DNA of 64,000 bases from Dehalococcoidia bacterium (GTDB taxonomy: Bacteria; Chloroflexota; Dehalococcoidia; Lucifugimonadales; UBA3495), in assembly GCA_965204805.1 (NCBI GenBank), contig OZ242013.1, positions 2,541,232 to 2,605,231 on the forward strand. The letters are read 5' to 3'. The translations under genes were made by a program, and so were the position numbers. Below the pieces are notes generated by a model that searched no databases, was not told the origin of the DNA, and worked only from the letters and a program-made list of their open reading frames with translations. Below are positions 53,864 to 62,301 of this stretch, in pieces; the stretch's first letter is position 1; every line of letters begins with the position of its first letter.

Positions 53864-56049
53864 ATGACTGGTGATATAGTGGACTTGTCCGGCAGTGAGG
53901 CTGGAGCCGGGCTTGGCTGCTGCCCTAGCCCTGGCTCAAACCTGGCCTGGGGAGTTGCCCGCTATGCGCCCTTTTTCACCCCCCCCCCCCCGACTTTCGC
54001 TGGGATTCTTCTTCTTGCGCTGATTCTTGCCGGATTGCTGGCAGCCTGCGGCTCGGATGCGCCGCAGGCCACAGAACAGCCCACTGCTGTCGCGCCTCCG
54101 GTGACCGCCGCCACATCACCGTCGCCGGTGCCAACGGCAACACCCACGCCGACGCCCCGGCCTGCGGCAACGTCCGCGCCTGAACCAACCGCCGCCCCCG
54201 CTCCTACACCGTCGCCCACTCCCGCGCCAACCCCTACCCCTACGCCAACGGCCACTCCAGCTCCTACGGCTACCCCTGCTCCGACACTCACGCCGACACC
54301 TTCACCAACAGCTACCCCTGCTCCGACGCCAACCGCCATGCCCACGCCCACGCAGACACCAGTGCCGACACCTTCACCGACAACTACTCCGGCCCCGACG
54401 CCAACGGCCACGCCTGCGCCAACGACCACACCCACGCCCACGCAGACACCGGCGCCGACATCCACCCATATCCCCAAGGAGCAGCGCGATGCGAACGATT
54501 ACATCGTCTGGAAAATCGGTAGTGGGGTTAGCCCCGGGGCGGAGGCCGAGGCCAGGGCCGTCGTCTATGCCATGCATGACTTTGCCGTCAGCAACGGTCT
54601 GCCCCGAATCGATGGCCCTATAACCATCTTCCTCTACCACAACCTCGATGCCTTGGAGGCTGAATTTGAGGCATCTACCGGGCTTCAGTCTGAGAATTGG
54701 TTCTGGCCGGGTTTTAGGGATGGGAGGACTCCCATAACCTCCAGAAGAGATTTCATTGCAGTGAACACGTCGGCAAGCTATTACCAGGGTGTTTCGCGAG
54801 ATGAACGGGCAAGGCTATTGGCTGAAGGACTGTTTGATGCTCTGCGCCGCGCGTTGACCGGAATATGGGAGGGCGCTCCATGGGACGCTGTAAGCCGTGA
54901 GGGTCCTGTGTGGTTGTGGCATGGCGCCAGCCGTTTTTTTGCTTGGCAGTCGACCAAGACGCTGGGGCAGGAGTCATGCGACCTGTCCAGGAACCGCTTT
55001 GCCACATTACCGCAATCAGCAGACGAGACACTCAGCGAGTTGGAAACCTTGGCGGGCTTCGATTATCAGGGGGGCACTCCGCGTACGGGTTTCTCGCGGT
55101 GGAGTTGCTTTCGGAGCGGGCAGGCAAGGAGTCCATATTCGCCTATTTTGCATCGCTCAAGACCGGAGGCACCTGGCAGGATGCGTTCGAGCGGGCTTTC
55201 GGAATGACCGTGGATGAGTTCTACCAACTGTTCGAGGAGCGCCGTACGGCCGGATTTCGCCAGCCACGTTGCCCGACGCTGCCACCGCTGGTCACCTTGC
55301 CGGGTTCTCCGGAGTATGTGAAATGGGAGATTGGTTCCGGCGTCCCGCAGGAGTATGTCCATGACTCGGTCGAGGGTGTCCGGCTGATGCACGAATATGC
55401 CGAGTCTCTGGGTATGCCTGAGATAGAAACGGAGTTCACTGCCCACCTGTACTACGACCAGATTGAGCTGATAGCCGCCTACCAAGCCGCAACAGGAGGC
55501 GATGGGAATTGGGTTCCTGAGGGATCTAACGCTGTAGCTTACGGCTCTGGCTTTTTCACGAATACTCTGCGTTGGGAAGAGCGAAAGACATCCTCCGACG
55601 ATCGGAAGAAGATTTCCGCGCATGAGTTGTTTCATGTCTTCCAGTCTCACGTGTCGTTGAATCGCTCACGAGAGGCGACGTGGCTGTCGGAAGGTACCGC
55701 AGAGTTTCTTGCTTTCAGGGCTTTGGACGCGGTAGATGTGGTCGACTATGCTGTAGAACGAAGTTCGCGTAGGGGATTCGTAGAGATCGCGCGACGTGTA
55801 GAAAGACCTCTGAAAGAGATGGAAGAAGGGCATAAAGCCATCCAGTATGACTATTCCCTACTGGCGGCGGAACTCTTGGCGTCACGGACCGGAGAAAAAT
55901 CGCTCTTCCGATTTCTAGAGATCCAGAGTACTAGTGGGACCTGGCAGGAGGCGTTCCAAACCGCCTTCGGGATGACCGTAGAGGAGTTCTACGAGTTGTT
56001 CGAGGAACACCGCGCCGCGGGATTCCCCGAGGTGGAGATACCCAAGTGA
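53864..56049 (+). pseudogene. two-module metalloprotease-like lipoprotein, split by a frameshift at a G6 run (55069-55074)
   Basis: Lipobox LLAACGS and a long PT-rich linker. Module A has a degenerate AEGLFD and module B an intact HELFH. Both modules end ...W(Q)(D/E)AF..AFGMTV(D/E)EFY.LFEE(R/H)R(T/A)AGF. Confidence 0.55.
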
Positions 56050-56065
56050 AGCCGCGCCAGTCCGT

Positions 56066-56117
56066 AAGGAAGTCTCTCCAGGCCACACCGTCGCCTGCCA
56101 TCTGTTCTAAGTTCTTA
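56066..56117 (+). pseudogene. orphan duplicate of the dppF-like gene 3' end
   Basis: Encodes [14 protein letters not shown], identical to the end of 52371..53384. The coding differences are synonymous. Confidence 0.7.
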
Positions 56118-56133
56118 ACACACAGCGCGACAG

Positions 56134-56757
56134 TCAACTCCACTGCGGGGGCTTGGCGAGGACGTATCCGTCGGGCTTGACTACCCTATCGGGCAGCAGG
56201 CTGGCGCTAATCCGGCGTCGGCCTATGACAAACGACGCGTTTACCGCCTGGTTGAGACGTATGGAAACACGATTCGGCGGGAAGGCCGCAATAACTCGTT
56301 TTTCCTGGTATCGGCGGCGGATGGCCTCTATCGGCCCGGCCAAGTCACTGTCGCCTGAGATAACAATCGCAGTGTCAAAGGCATCGTCCTGAGCGTCGCA
56401 CATCAGTTCAACGGCAATGTTTACGTCGGTCATTTTTTCTTCGTAAGTTTCCTGTGCCACGCCACATTGTCGGCAGAATACGCGCTTGGGCAGGAAATAC
56501 CCATAATGAATATACAAGCCAGGGAGAGTTTCCAGCGCTTCCAAGTACGTCTGTTGCCGCTCTGATTGCTCGGGGTCATAGGCCAGCCGTATAACCCTGG
56601 CGGTAAAATATCTGACCGTCATCAATTGTTGCCCGTATTGGAGCAGGTTCTCAGCCAGACGGCGCAAGTCCAGACAGTAGTATCGCCGCCAGCCCTTGGA
56701 CTTGAGGCCGTAGTAAAGGTTAAACCCGTCAACGTATACCGATACGCGCTGCATCAT
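56134..56757 (-). CDS. NYN-domain (LabA/DUF88-like) predicted RNase
   Basis: RVSVYVDGFNLYYG...IVISGDSDL motifs. Confidence 0.75.
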   Translation of the reverse strand: MMQRVSVYVDGFNLYYGLKSKGWRRYYCLDLRRLAENLLQYGQQLMTVRYFTARVIRLAYDPEQSERQQTYLEALETLPGLYIHYGYFLPKRVFCRQCGVAQETYEEKMTDVNIAVELMCDAQDDAFDTAIVISGDSDLAGPIEAIRRRYQEKRVIAAFPPNRVSIRLNQAVNASFVIGRRRISASLLPDRVVKPDGYVLAKPPQWS

Positions 56758-56785
56758 TGTTATCTCTGCAAGCGAAAAATTTGGA

Positions 56786-56814
56786 TTGACATGAAGCAAC
56801 GATTTAGTTATTAT
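56786..56814 (+). promoter_or_regulatory. sigma70-like promoter TTGACA-N17-TATTAT
   Basis: Perfect -35 with 17-nt spacing and a 5/6 -10. Confidence 0.4.
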
Positions 56815-56820
56815 ATCTGT

Positions 56821-56883
56821 ACCCCCCTAGCGATGGCATCGCTAGGCTGACGCTCCCTCTGCGAGGGGGCGTTTCTCTTTTTT
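56821..56883 (+). ncRNA. candidate ~65-nt sRNA or leader: two hairpins plus U-tract
   Basis: CCTAGCGAT-GGC-ATCGCTAGG, then ACGCTCCCTC-TGC-GAGGGGGCGT followed by TTCTCTTTTTT. Confidence 0.3.
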
Positions 56884-56938
56884 ACCTGTTGGAACCCGAA
56901 CCTTGAAGCCGCCGCCGCCCCGGTGCTAGAATCTGGCA

Positions 56939-57754
56939 ATGCCGACGCAGGCACAGACGAAGAAGCAGCGCCGCAGCCCAACCATGTCGCCGGTCCGCAT
57001 CGCCCAGGCCGTCGAGCTGATGGCGCAGGAGTACGGGCCCTTCGAGGCGGAGCGGCGGCTGCCCCCAACCGACGAGATGGTGTTCACCATCCTGTCGCAG
57101 CATACGTCGGACATCAATTCGGGCCGCGCCTACAACCGGCTGATGGAGCGGTTCGGAACGCTGGAAGCGGTGGCCAGGGGCGACGTGGCCGAAATCGAAG
57201 AGGCCATCGCGCCCGGGGGACTGGCCAAGGTCAAGGCCCCCCGAATCAAGGAAGTCCTGGGGAAGGTGCTGGAACTAAACGGCGGGTCGCTGGACCTGTC
57301 CTTCCTGCGGGAGATGCCGCTGGCCGAGGCGAAGGCGTGGCTGCGGCAACTGCCGGGCATCGGCCCCAAGTCCACCGGCATCGTCCTCAACTTCTCCCTG
57401 GGTATGCCAGCCATGGCCATAGACACCCACATCTTCCGGGTGTGTCAGCGGCTCCGCGCCATAGACGCCAGGACCAACGCCGACAAGGCCCACGACGTTA
57501 TGGAAGCCAAGGTGCCGCCCGAGGAAGTGTTCAACTTCCACGTGGCCTTCATCAACCACGGGCGACGGGTCTGCAAGGCGCAGCGTCCCCTCTGCGAGTC
57601 GTGCGTTGTGGGCGGGATGTGCCCGTCGCGCAAGAAAATGATGACTAAATCCGCCGCCACGGAAAACGGAGCCAAGTCCGCCCGCGCGTCCAGAAGCGCC
57701 CAGAGTGGGCCCGGCCCGATGCCCCATATTCCCCCGCAGACGGGTTCAGAATAA
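56939..57754 (+). CDS. nth: endonuclease III-family HhH-GPD base-excision glycosylase
   Basis: HhH (LPGIGPKST), a catalytic-region D and FeS cluster CKAQRPLCESCVVGGMC. The start is uncertain (56939 or 56984). Confidence 0.8.
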   Translation: MPTQAQTKKQRRSPTMSPVRIAQAVELMAQEYGPFEAERRLPPTDEMVFTILSQHTSDINSGRAYNRLMERFGTLEAVARGDVAEIEEAIAPGGLAKVKAPRIKEVLGKVLELNGGSLDLSFLREMPLAEAKAWLRQLPGIGPKSTGIVLNFSLGMPAMAIDTHIFRVCQRLRAIDARTNADKAHDVMEAKVPPEEVFNFHVAFINHGRRVCKAQRPLCESCVVGGMCPSRKKMMTKSAATENGAKSARASRSAQSGPGPMPHIPPQTGSE

Positions 57755-57803
57755 ATAGGATATTCGTAAAGAAAGCAGGACTGCGACAAGGAGGGCCAGG
57801 AAA

Positions 57804-58835
57804 GTGAAGGTTGGAATCATCAATGTCACCGGGTACTCAGGCTCAGAGTTGGCCCGCATCCTGCGTCGCCATCCAGAAGTGGAAATCGCGTCGGTCACTG
57901 GCCGGAGCGCCGCCGGGCAGAAGCTGGGTGAGGTGTTCCCTCACCTGGAAAGCCTGGACCTCACCATCGAGCCGGAACTGAGCGGTAGCCTGGACCTGGT
58001 CTTCTCGGCCCTGCCGCACAAGGCGAGCGCCGAAGCCTGCTTCCCGGTGCTGGACCAGGGCGTCAAGGTAGTGGACATCAGCGCCGACTTCCGCCTGAAG
58101 CGCGCCGACGAATACGAGGAATGGTACGGGGTGGAACACCAGAAGCCGTCGCTGCTGGAGGAGGCGGTGTACGGGCTGACCGAGCTGCACCGCGACGAGA
58201 TTCGCGCCGCCCGGCTGGTGGCCAACCCCGGCTGCTACCCCACCAGCGCCATCCTGGCCCTCGCCCCGGCGGTGGCAGCGGGAGTCATCAGCCCCGACAT
58301 CATCGTGAGCAGCCTGTCCGGCGTGTCGGGCGGCGGGCGCAGCCTCACTATGACCAACCATTTCTCGGAGGTCAATGAGAACGCCTTCGCCTACGCAGTC
58401 AACGGACACCGGCACCTGCCTGAGATTACGCAGGAACTGAATCCCTTGACCGGACAGCAGTTGAGGGTGACTTTCCAGGTGCATCTGATACCAATGACGA
58501 GGGGAATCTTCAGCTCCTGCTACGCTCCGCTGGCCAACCCCGACGCTTGGGTGGGCGACGAGGGGAAGCAGCGCCTGGTGGACATCTACCGCGACTACTA
58601 CGCCGACCACCCCTTCGTGAAGGTGGTGTCGGCCCCGCCGCAGACCAAGCAGACGCTGGGCAACAATATGTGCCTGCTGCACCCGGTCATTGACAGCCGC
58701 ACCGGCCGCCTGACCGTGTTCAGCGTGCTGGACAACCTGGTGAAGGGCGCGGCGGGCCAGGCAGTGCAGAACATGAACCTGATGGCCGGTTTCCCCGAAG
58801 ACACGTCGCTGGACGAACTGGCGGTATACCCGTAG
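57804..58835 (+). CDS. argC: N-acetyl-gamma-glutamyl-phosphate reductase
   Basis: Starts GTG. N-terminus is GIINVTGYSGSEL.R.L..HP, and the NPGCYPTS active-site motif is present. Confidence 0.9.
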   Translation: MKVGIINVTGYSGSELARILRRHPEVEIASVTGRSAAGQKLGEVFPHLESLDLTIEPELSGSLDLVFSALPHKASAEACFPVLDQGVKVVDISADFRLKRADEYEEWYGVEHQKPSLLEEAVYGLTELHRDEIRAARLVANPGCYPTSAILALAPAVAAGVISPDIIVSSLSGVSGGGRSLTMTNHFSEVNENAFAYAVNGHRHLPEITQELNPLTGQQLRVTFQVHLIPMTRGIFSSCYAPLANPDAWVGDEGKQRLVDIYRDYYADHPFVKVVSAPPQTKQTLGNNMCLLHPVIDSRTGRLTVFSVLDNLVKGAAGQAVQNMNLMAGFPEDTSLDELAVYP

Positions 58836-58876
58836 CATACGACGGCCGGGTGTGCTAGACTGAAAGGGTACTGAGT

Positions 58877-58954
58877 GCCCCGGTCGTCTAGCCAGGTCAG
58901 GATGCCACCCTTTCAAGGTGGAGATCAGGGGATCGAAGCCCCTCCGGGGTACCA
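58877..58954 (+). tRNA. tRNA-Glu: tRNA-Glu (anticodon UUC), CCA encoded
   Basis: Cloverleaf folded by eye. Anticodon arm is CCACC-CTTTCAA-GGTGG and T-arm is GGGGATCGAAGCCCC. Close to canonical tRNA-Glu. Confidence 0.9.
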
Positions 58955-58967
58955 ACCTCGAAATGCG

Positions 58968-59002
58968 AATCCACGCCACCGCAAGGGGCGTGGATTGCTT
59001 TT
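58968..59002 (+). terminator. rho-independent terminator after tRNA-Glu
   Basis: AATCCACGCC-N9-GGCGTGGATT followed by GCTTTT. Confidence 0.6.
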
Positions 59003-59082
59003 AGAACCTTCCTCGTTTTGCCTCAGATATTCGTTTCGTTCCCGCCACATATCCATGCATTAGTGTTCGGCTTCGATAGCCA

Positions 59083-59400
59083 ATGGATTACGAAGTCCGC
59101 TTGTCGGAACCGGCAATTGCCATGCTCTTGAAAATCCCAGATGCGGCTACCCGGCGACTGGTTTCGGAACGTATCAACCTGCTTGCCAGAGACCCGGAAA
59201 GGCAAGGCGGATTTCTCAAAGGAGGGCTATCCAGATACCGGAAGTGCCGAGCCGCAGGGAGACGCTACCGAATTCTTTATCGAATAGATGAAACCACTTC
59301 AACGGTGATTGTGACGGCAATAGGGGCCAGGAATCCGGGAGAACCGGATGACATATACAGAATTGCCAATCAACTGTTACAGGAAGGCTTGTTGGAATAG
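59083..59400 (+). CDS. RelE/ParE-family toxin
   Basis: ...RYRKCRAAGRRYRILYRIDETTSTVIVTAIGARN... signature. Confidence 0.8.
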   Translation: MDYEVRLSEPAIAMLLKIPDAATRRLVSERINLLARDPERQGGFLKGGLSRYRKCRAAGRRYRILYRIDETTSTVIVTAIGARNPGEPDDIYRIANQLLQEGLLE

Positions 59401-59414
59401 CCCAAGGCTGAGGT

Positions 59415-59744
59415 GTGGCAATGTCCTCTTCAATCTACACGTTAACCAGTGCAATGGCGCTTAAAGCAGCCAAAAACCGGTTCTCTCAACTGCCTCGCCG
59501 CGTGAACGATTCCCAGACGGTAATCCCCATCACCCGTCAAGGACGCCCGGTTATGGCGCTTATGTCTTGGGAAATGTTCGAGTCCCTAGTGGATACCATC
59601 GAAATACTGTCCGACCCGGAGCTTATGTCCCAGATAAACGAAAGCGAAAAGGCCATTGCCGAAGGCAGAACAGTTCCGTTCAGCGAGGTTCTGGCGGAGC
59701 TGGGCATCAACCTCGACCGCACCCCCTTAGAAAGTGGCGAGTAA
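59415..59744 (+). CDS. Phd/YefM-family antitoxin (encoded after the toxin)
   Basis: ...VIPITRQGRPVMALMSWEMFESLVDTIEILSDPELM.... Confidence 0.75.
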   Translation: MAMSSSIYTLTSAMALKAAKNRFSQLPRRVNDSQTVIPITRQGRPVMALMSWEMFESLVDTIEILSDPELMSQINESEKAIAEGRTVPFSEVLAELGINLDRTPLESGE

Positions 59745-59869
59745 CCGGTAAATTTGTTCCAGAAACAGGACATTGGCTTGGTCAATGGCCTGTTTTCATT
59801 CGTATATGGACTGCATCTGAAATTTTTGGACATCATGGTAATCAATGTCCAACTCGGTGTCGTGACAAT

Positions 59870-60364
59870 ATGATCGCCACCTGGCAGCAGTTCGCGGCCC
59901 AATCCCCGGAGCTGGCGGCGCTGGGCGAGACGCAGTTCGCCCGCACCGGGCTGGCGCTGGTGGGGACGCTGCGGCGCGACGGCTGGCCGCGCATCTCGCC
60001 GGTGGAGCCGTTCATCGTGGACGGCCTGCTCTACCTGGGGATGATGTGGCGGTCGGTGAAGGCCCTTGACCTGCTGCGCGACCCGCGCTGCGTGGTGCAC
60101 AGCACAGTATCCGACCGCGACGGGACGGAGGGCGAGTTCAAGGTCTACGGGCGGGCCGTTGAGGTGACTGACCTTGAGGAGCGTCGGCGGTTCGGCGATG
60201 CCGTGTACGCCGCCATCGGCTTCCGGCCCGAAGAGCCGGAGTTCCACTGCTTCGCCATCGCCATCGAAAGCGTCGCCTTCTCCCAACTCCGCGATGGCGA
60301 GTTTCACCGCCAAGTCTGGAAGGCGAATGATAGACGCAAAGACGCAGAGACGCAAAGAAAATAG
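59870..60364 (+). CDS. pyridoxamine 5'-phosphate oxidase-like (split beta-barrel, possibly F420/FMN-binding) protein
   Basis: ...GTLRRDGWPRISPVEPFIVDGLLYLGMM..S.K..DL..DPR pattern. Confidence 0.65.
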   Translation: MIATWQQFAAQSPELAALGETQFARTGLALVGTLRRDGWPRISPVEPFIVDGLLYLGMMWRSVKALDLLRDPRCVVHSTVSDRDGTEGEFKVYGRAVEVTDLEERRRFGDAVYAAIGFRPEEPEFHCFAIAIESVAFSQLRDGEFHRQVWKANDRRKDAETQRK

Positions 60365-60402
60365 ATAAAGTCTTTGCGCCATTGCGTCCTTGCGTCAAAA
60401 AC

Positions 60403-61419
60403 TTAGTCGAAAACGAACACGCACTTGCCGGTGGTGGCGCCGTCGAAGGTCTGGAAGGCTTCGATGGCTTGGTCCAGACCGTAGCGATGGGTTATCAGCC
60501 GGTCCAACGGGGCCTTGGTGTCCACAAAGAAGCGGGCGATTTCGATGAGTTCGGCCTTGCTGAAAGTCCAGGAGCCGTAGACGGTCAGCACCTTGAAGAT
60601 AACGTCGCGGTTGAAGTCTATCTCCGCCGGGCCGCCTACGCCAACGTAGCAGGCGCGGGCGAAGGGGCGCAGGCACGAGAGCGTCTGCTGCCGCGCGATG
60701 GGGTTACCAGAGGTTTCCAGCGCCGCCGTCGCGCCCTGGCCGCCGGTTAGGTCTCGTATGGCCTGCACAGGGTCGTTGGCGGCGGCGTTGATGGTGTGGT
60801 CTGCGCCCAGTTCCGTCGCCAACCGCAGCCGCTCGTCCATAACATCAATAGCGATGACGCGGGCTCCCATAGCCTTGGCCGACAGTGTTCCGCTGAGTCC
60901 CACCGGCCCTTGGCCGAACACAGCGACGATGTCCTTGCCGGAAACATCCATCTTGTTCAGCCCGTTCCAGGCGGTACCGGTGCCGCAGGATATGGCCGCG
61001 CCTTCCTCGAAGGACAGTTCGTCGGGCAGATGCACCAAGGTACGCGACGGACAAATCATGTAGTCGGCGTTGGCCCCGTGGCCAGTGCCGCCGCCGAAGG
61101 TGACGTGACCGTTGGGGCAAAGCTGCTCGTAACCCATGGAGCAGATTTCGCAGACGCCGCAGCCCTCGTAGTGATGGCACATCACCCGGTCGCCCAGCTT
61201 GAGGCCCGGAGGGGCGCCCGGCCCCAGCTCTTCGATAACGCCGCAGGGTTCGTGGCCCGTAATCATGTCCGTCGGCTCGGCGTCACGGTAGCGGTGCAGG
61301 TCGGTGCCGCACAGGCCGGAGGCGCGAATCCGCAGCACCGCCTCGCCCGGCCCGGCGTGGGGATCGGGGAACTCCTGTATCTCCGCCTCCCGGTTGCCCT
61401 TGAACGTGACTCCGCGCAT
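60403..61419 (-). CDS. zinc-dependent alcohol/sorbitol/threonine dehydrogenase family oxidoreductase
   Basis: GLCGTDLH, GHEPCG and the structural-zinc Cys cluster CGVCEIC, plus GQGPVGL. Confidence 0.85.
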   Translation of the reverse strand: MRGVTFKGNREAEIQEFPDPHAGPGEAVLRIRASGLCGTDLHRYRDAEPTDMITGHEPCGVIEELGPGAPPGLKLGDRVMCHHYEGCGVCEICSMGYEQLCPNGHVTFGGGTGHGANADYMICPSRTLVHLPDELSFEEGAAISCGTGTAWNGLNKMDVSGKDIVAVFGQGPVGLSGTLSAKAMGARVIAIDVMDERLRLATELGADHTINAAANDPVQAIRDLTGGQGATAALETSGNPIARQQTLSCLRPFARACYVGVGGPAEIDFNRDVIFKVLTVYGSWTFSKAELIEIARFFVDTKAPLDRLITHRYGLDQAIEAFQTFDGATTGKCVFVFD

Positions 61420-61547
61420 GATGTTCTCCCATATCAAAATGGATGGGCAGATGATACCAAAGGCAACCGGACCAGGAAATGACGATGGCAGGGGGACGCA
61501 GCATGGGTTGCAGACTTATAATGGCAAAACAGCGGAGGGTGCTAATT

Positions 61548-62150
61548 ATGACGATGCTGAAACCTCGCTCCGGGATGCGGCTGACCGCCGAAGAGTTTAT
61601 GGAGCTGCCCGATACATGGGACAGGCGGAAGATGGAGCTGGACGAGGGAGTTCTGTATATTATGCCGCGCCCACGGAGAGTCCACGGATTTTTTCAACTC
61701 AAGCTGGCTTTTCCGGTTGACCAATACCTTGACAGTTTCGACGAGCCGCCAGCGGAACTGATGATGGACTTCATTGTCGCACTGTCCTTGGAAAGTCGTG
61801 TTTTGCTGGCGCCGGACCTATGCATCGTCCTGCGAGGAAATCCGGTTGTCCTCACTGACCGCATGGTAGAAGGTGCCCCCGACATAGCGATTGAGGTGCT
61901 CTCATCCGACCGCAACCGAGACTTGGTTCGCAAGCGGCAACAGTACGGCGAAGCGGGTGTTCAGGAATACTGGATTTTCGACCCTCGCAACGATACCGCC
62001 ACGCTCCTGGAACTGCGCGACGGCGGGTATATTGAGAGGGCCGTATTGACCGCCGATGACATACTGACTACGGGGCTGCTTCCTGGCCTTGCCATACCAC
62101 TGGCCGACGTGGTTCACCACCGCCGCCGCCCGGCGGATAACGGCGACTGA
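61548..62150 (+). CDS. Uma2-family (DUF820) PD-(D/E)xK endonuclease
   Basis: ...KMELDEGVLYIMPRP...APDLCIVL...PDIAIEVLS...Y...GV.EYWIFDP. Confidence 0.8.
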   Translation: MTMLKPRSGMRLTAEEFMELPDTWDRRKMELDEGVLYIMPRPRRVHGFFQLKLAFPVDQYLDSFDEPPAELMMDFIVALSLESRVLLAPDLCIVLRGNPVVLTDRMVEGAPDIAIEVLSSDRNRDLVRKRQQYGEAGVQEYWIFDPRNDTATLLELRDGGYIERAVLTADDILTTGLLPGLAIPLADVVHHRRRPADNGD

Positions 62151-62301
62151 ATCACGCATCGCTATAACCTCCCGCCCTCTCAAGCGGCCGCTTTGCCGTC
62201 CTTATTAGCTGGTATGCCCACTCCCTTTGGATGTATGATAGGGGCGTCCCGCTAAATGGCGGATAGACTTATCCCACAGCCGCATTTCGAGATTTATTCC
62301 T

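Noticed and set aside
54100-54480. PT-rich ([12 protein letters not shown]...) and APAATAAPAAT (47240-47350) DNA stretches as tandem DNA repeats or a separate feature.
   Set aside because: They lie in frame right after lipoprotein signal peptides. They are best explained as low-complexity linker regions of the two lipoproteins.
58955-59870. Integrated element with att repeat at tRNA-Glu.
   Set aside because: No integrase gene is present, and I could not find a direct repeat of the tRNA 3' end downstream. Only the composition shift and TA cargo remain, so this is reported as a low-key finding.
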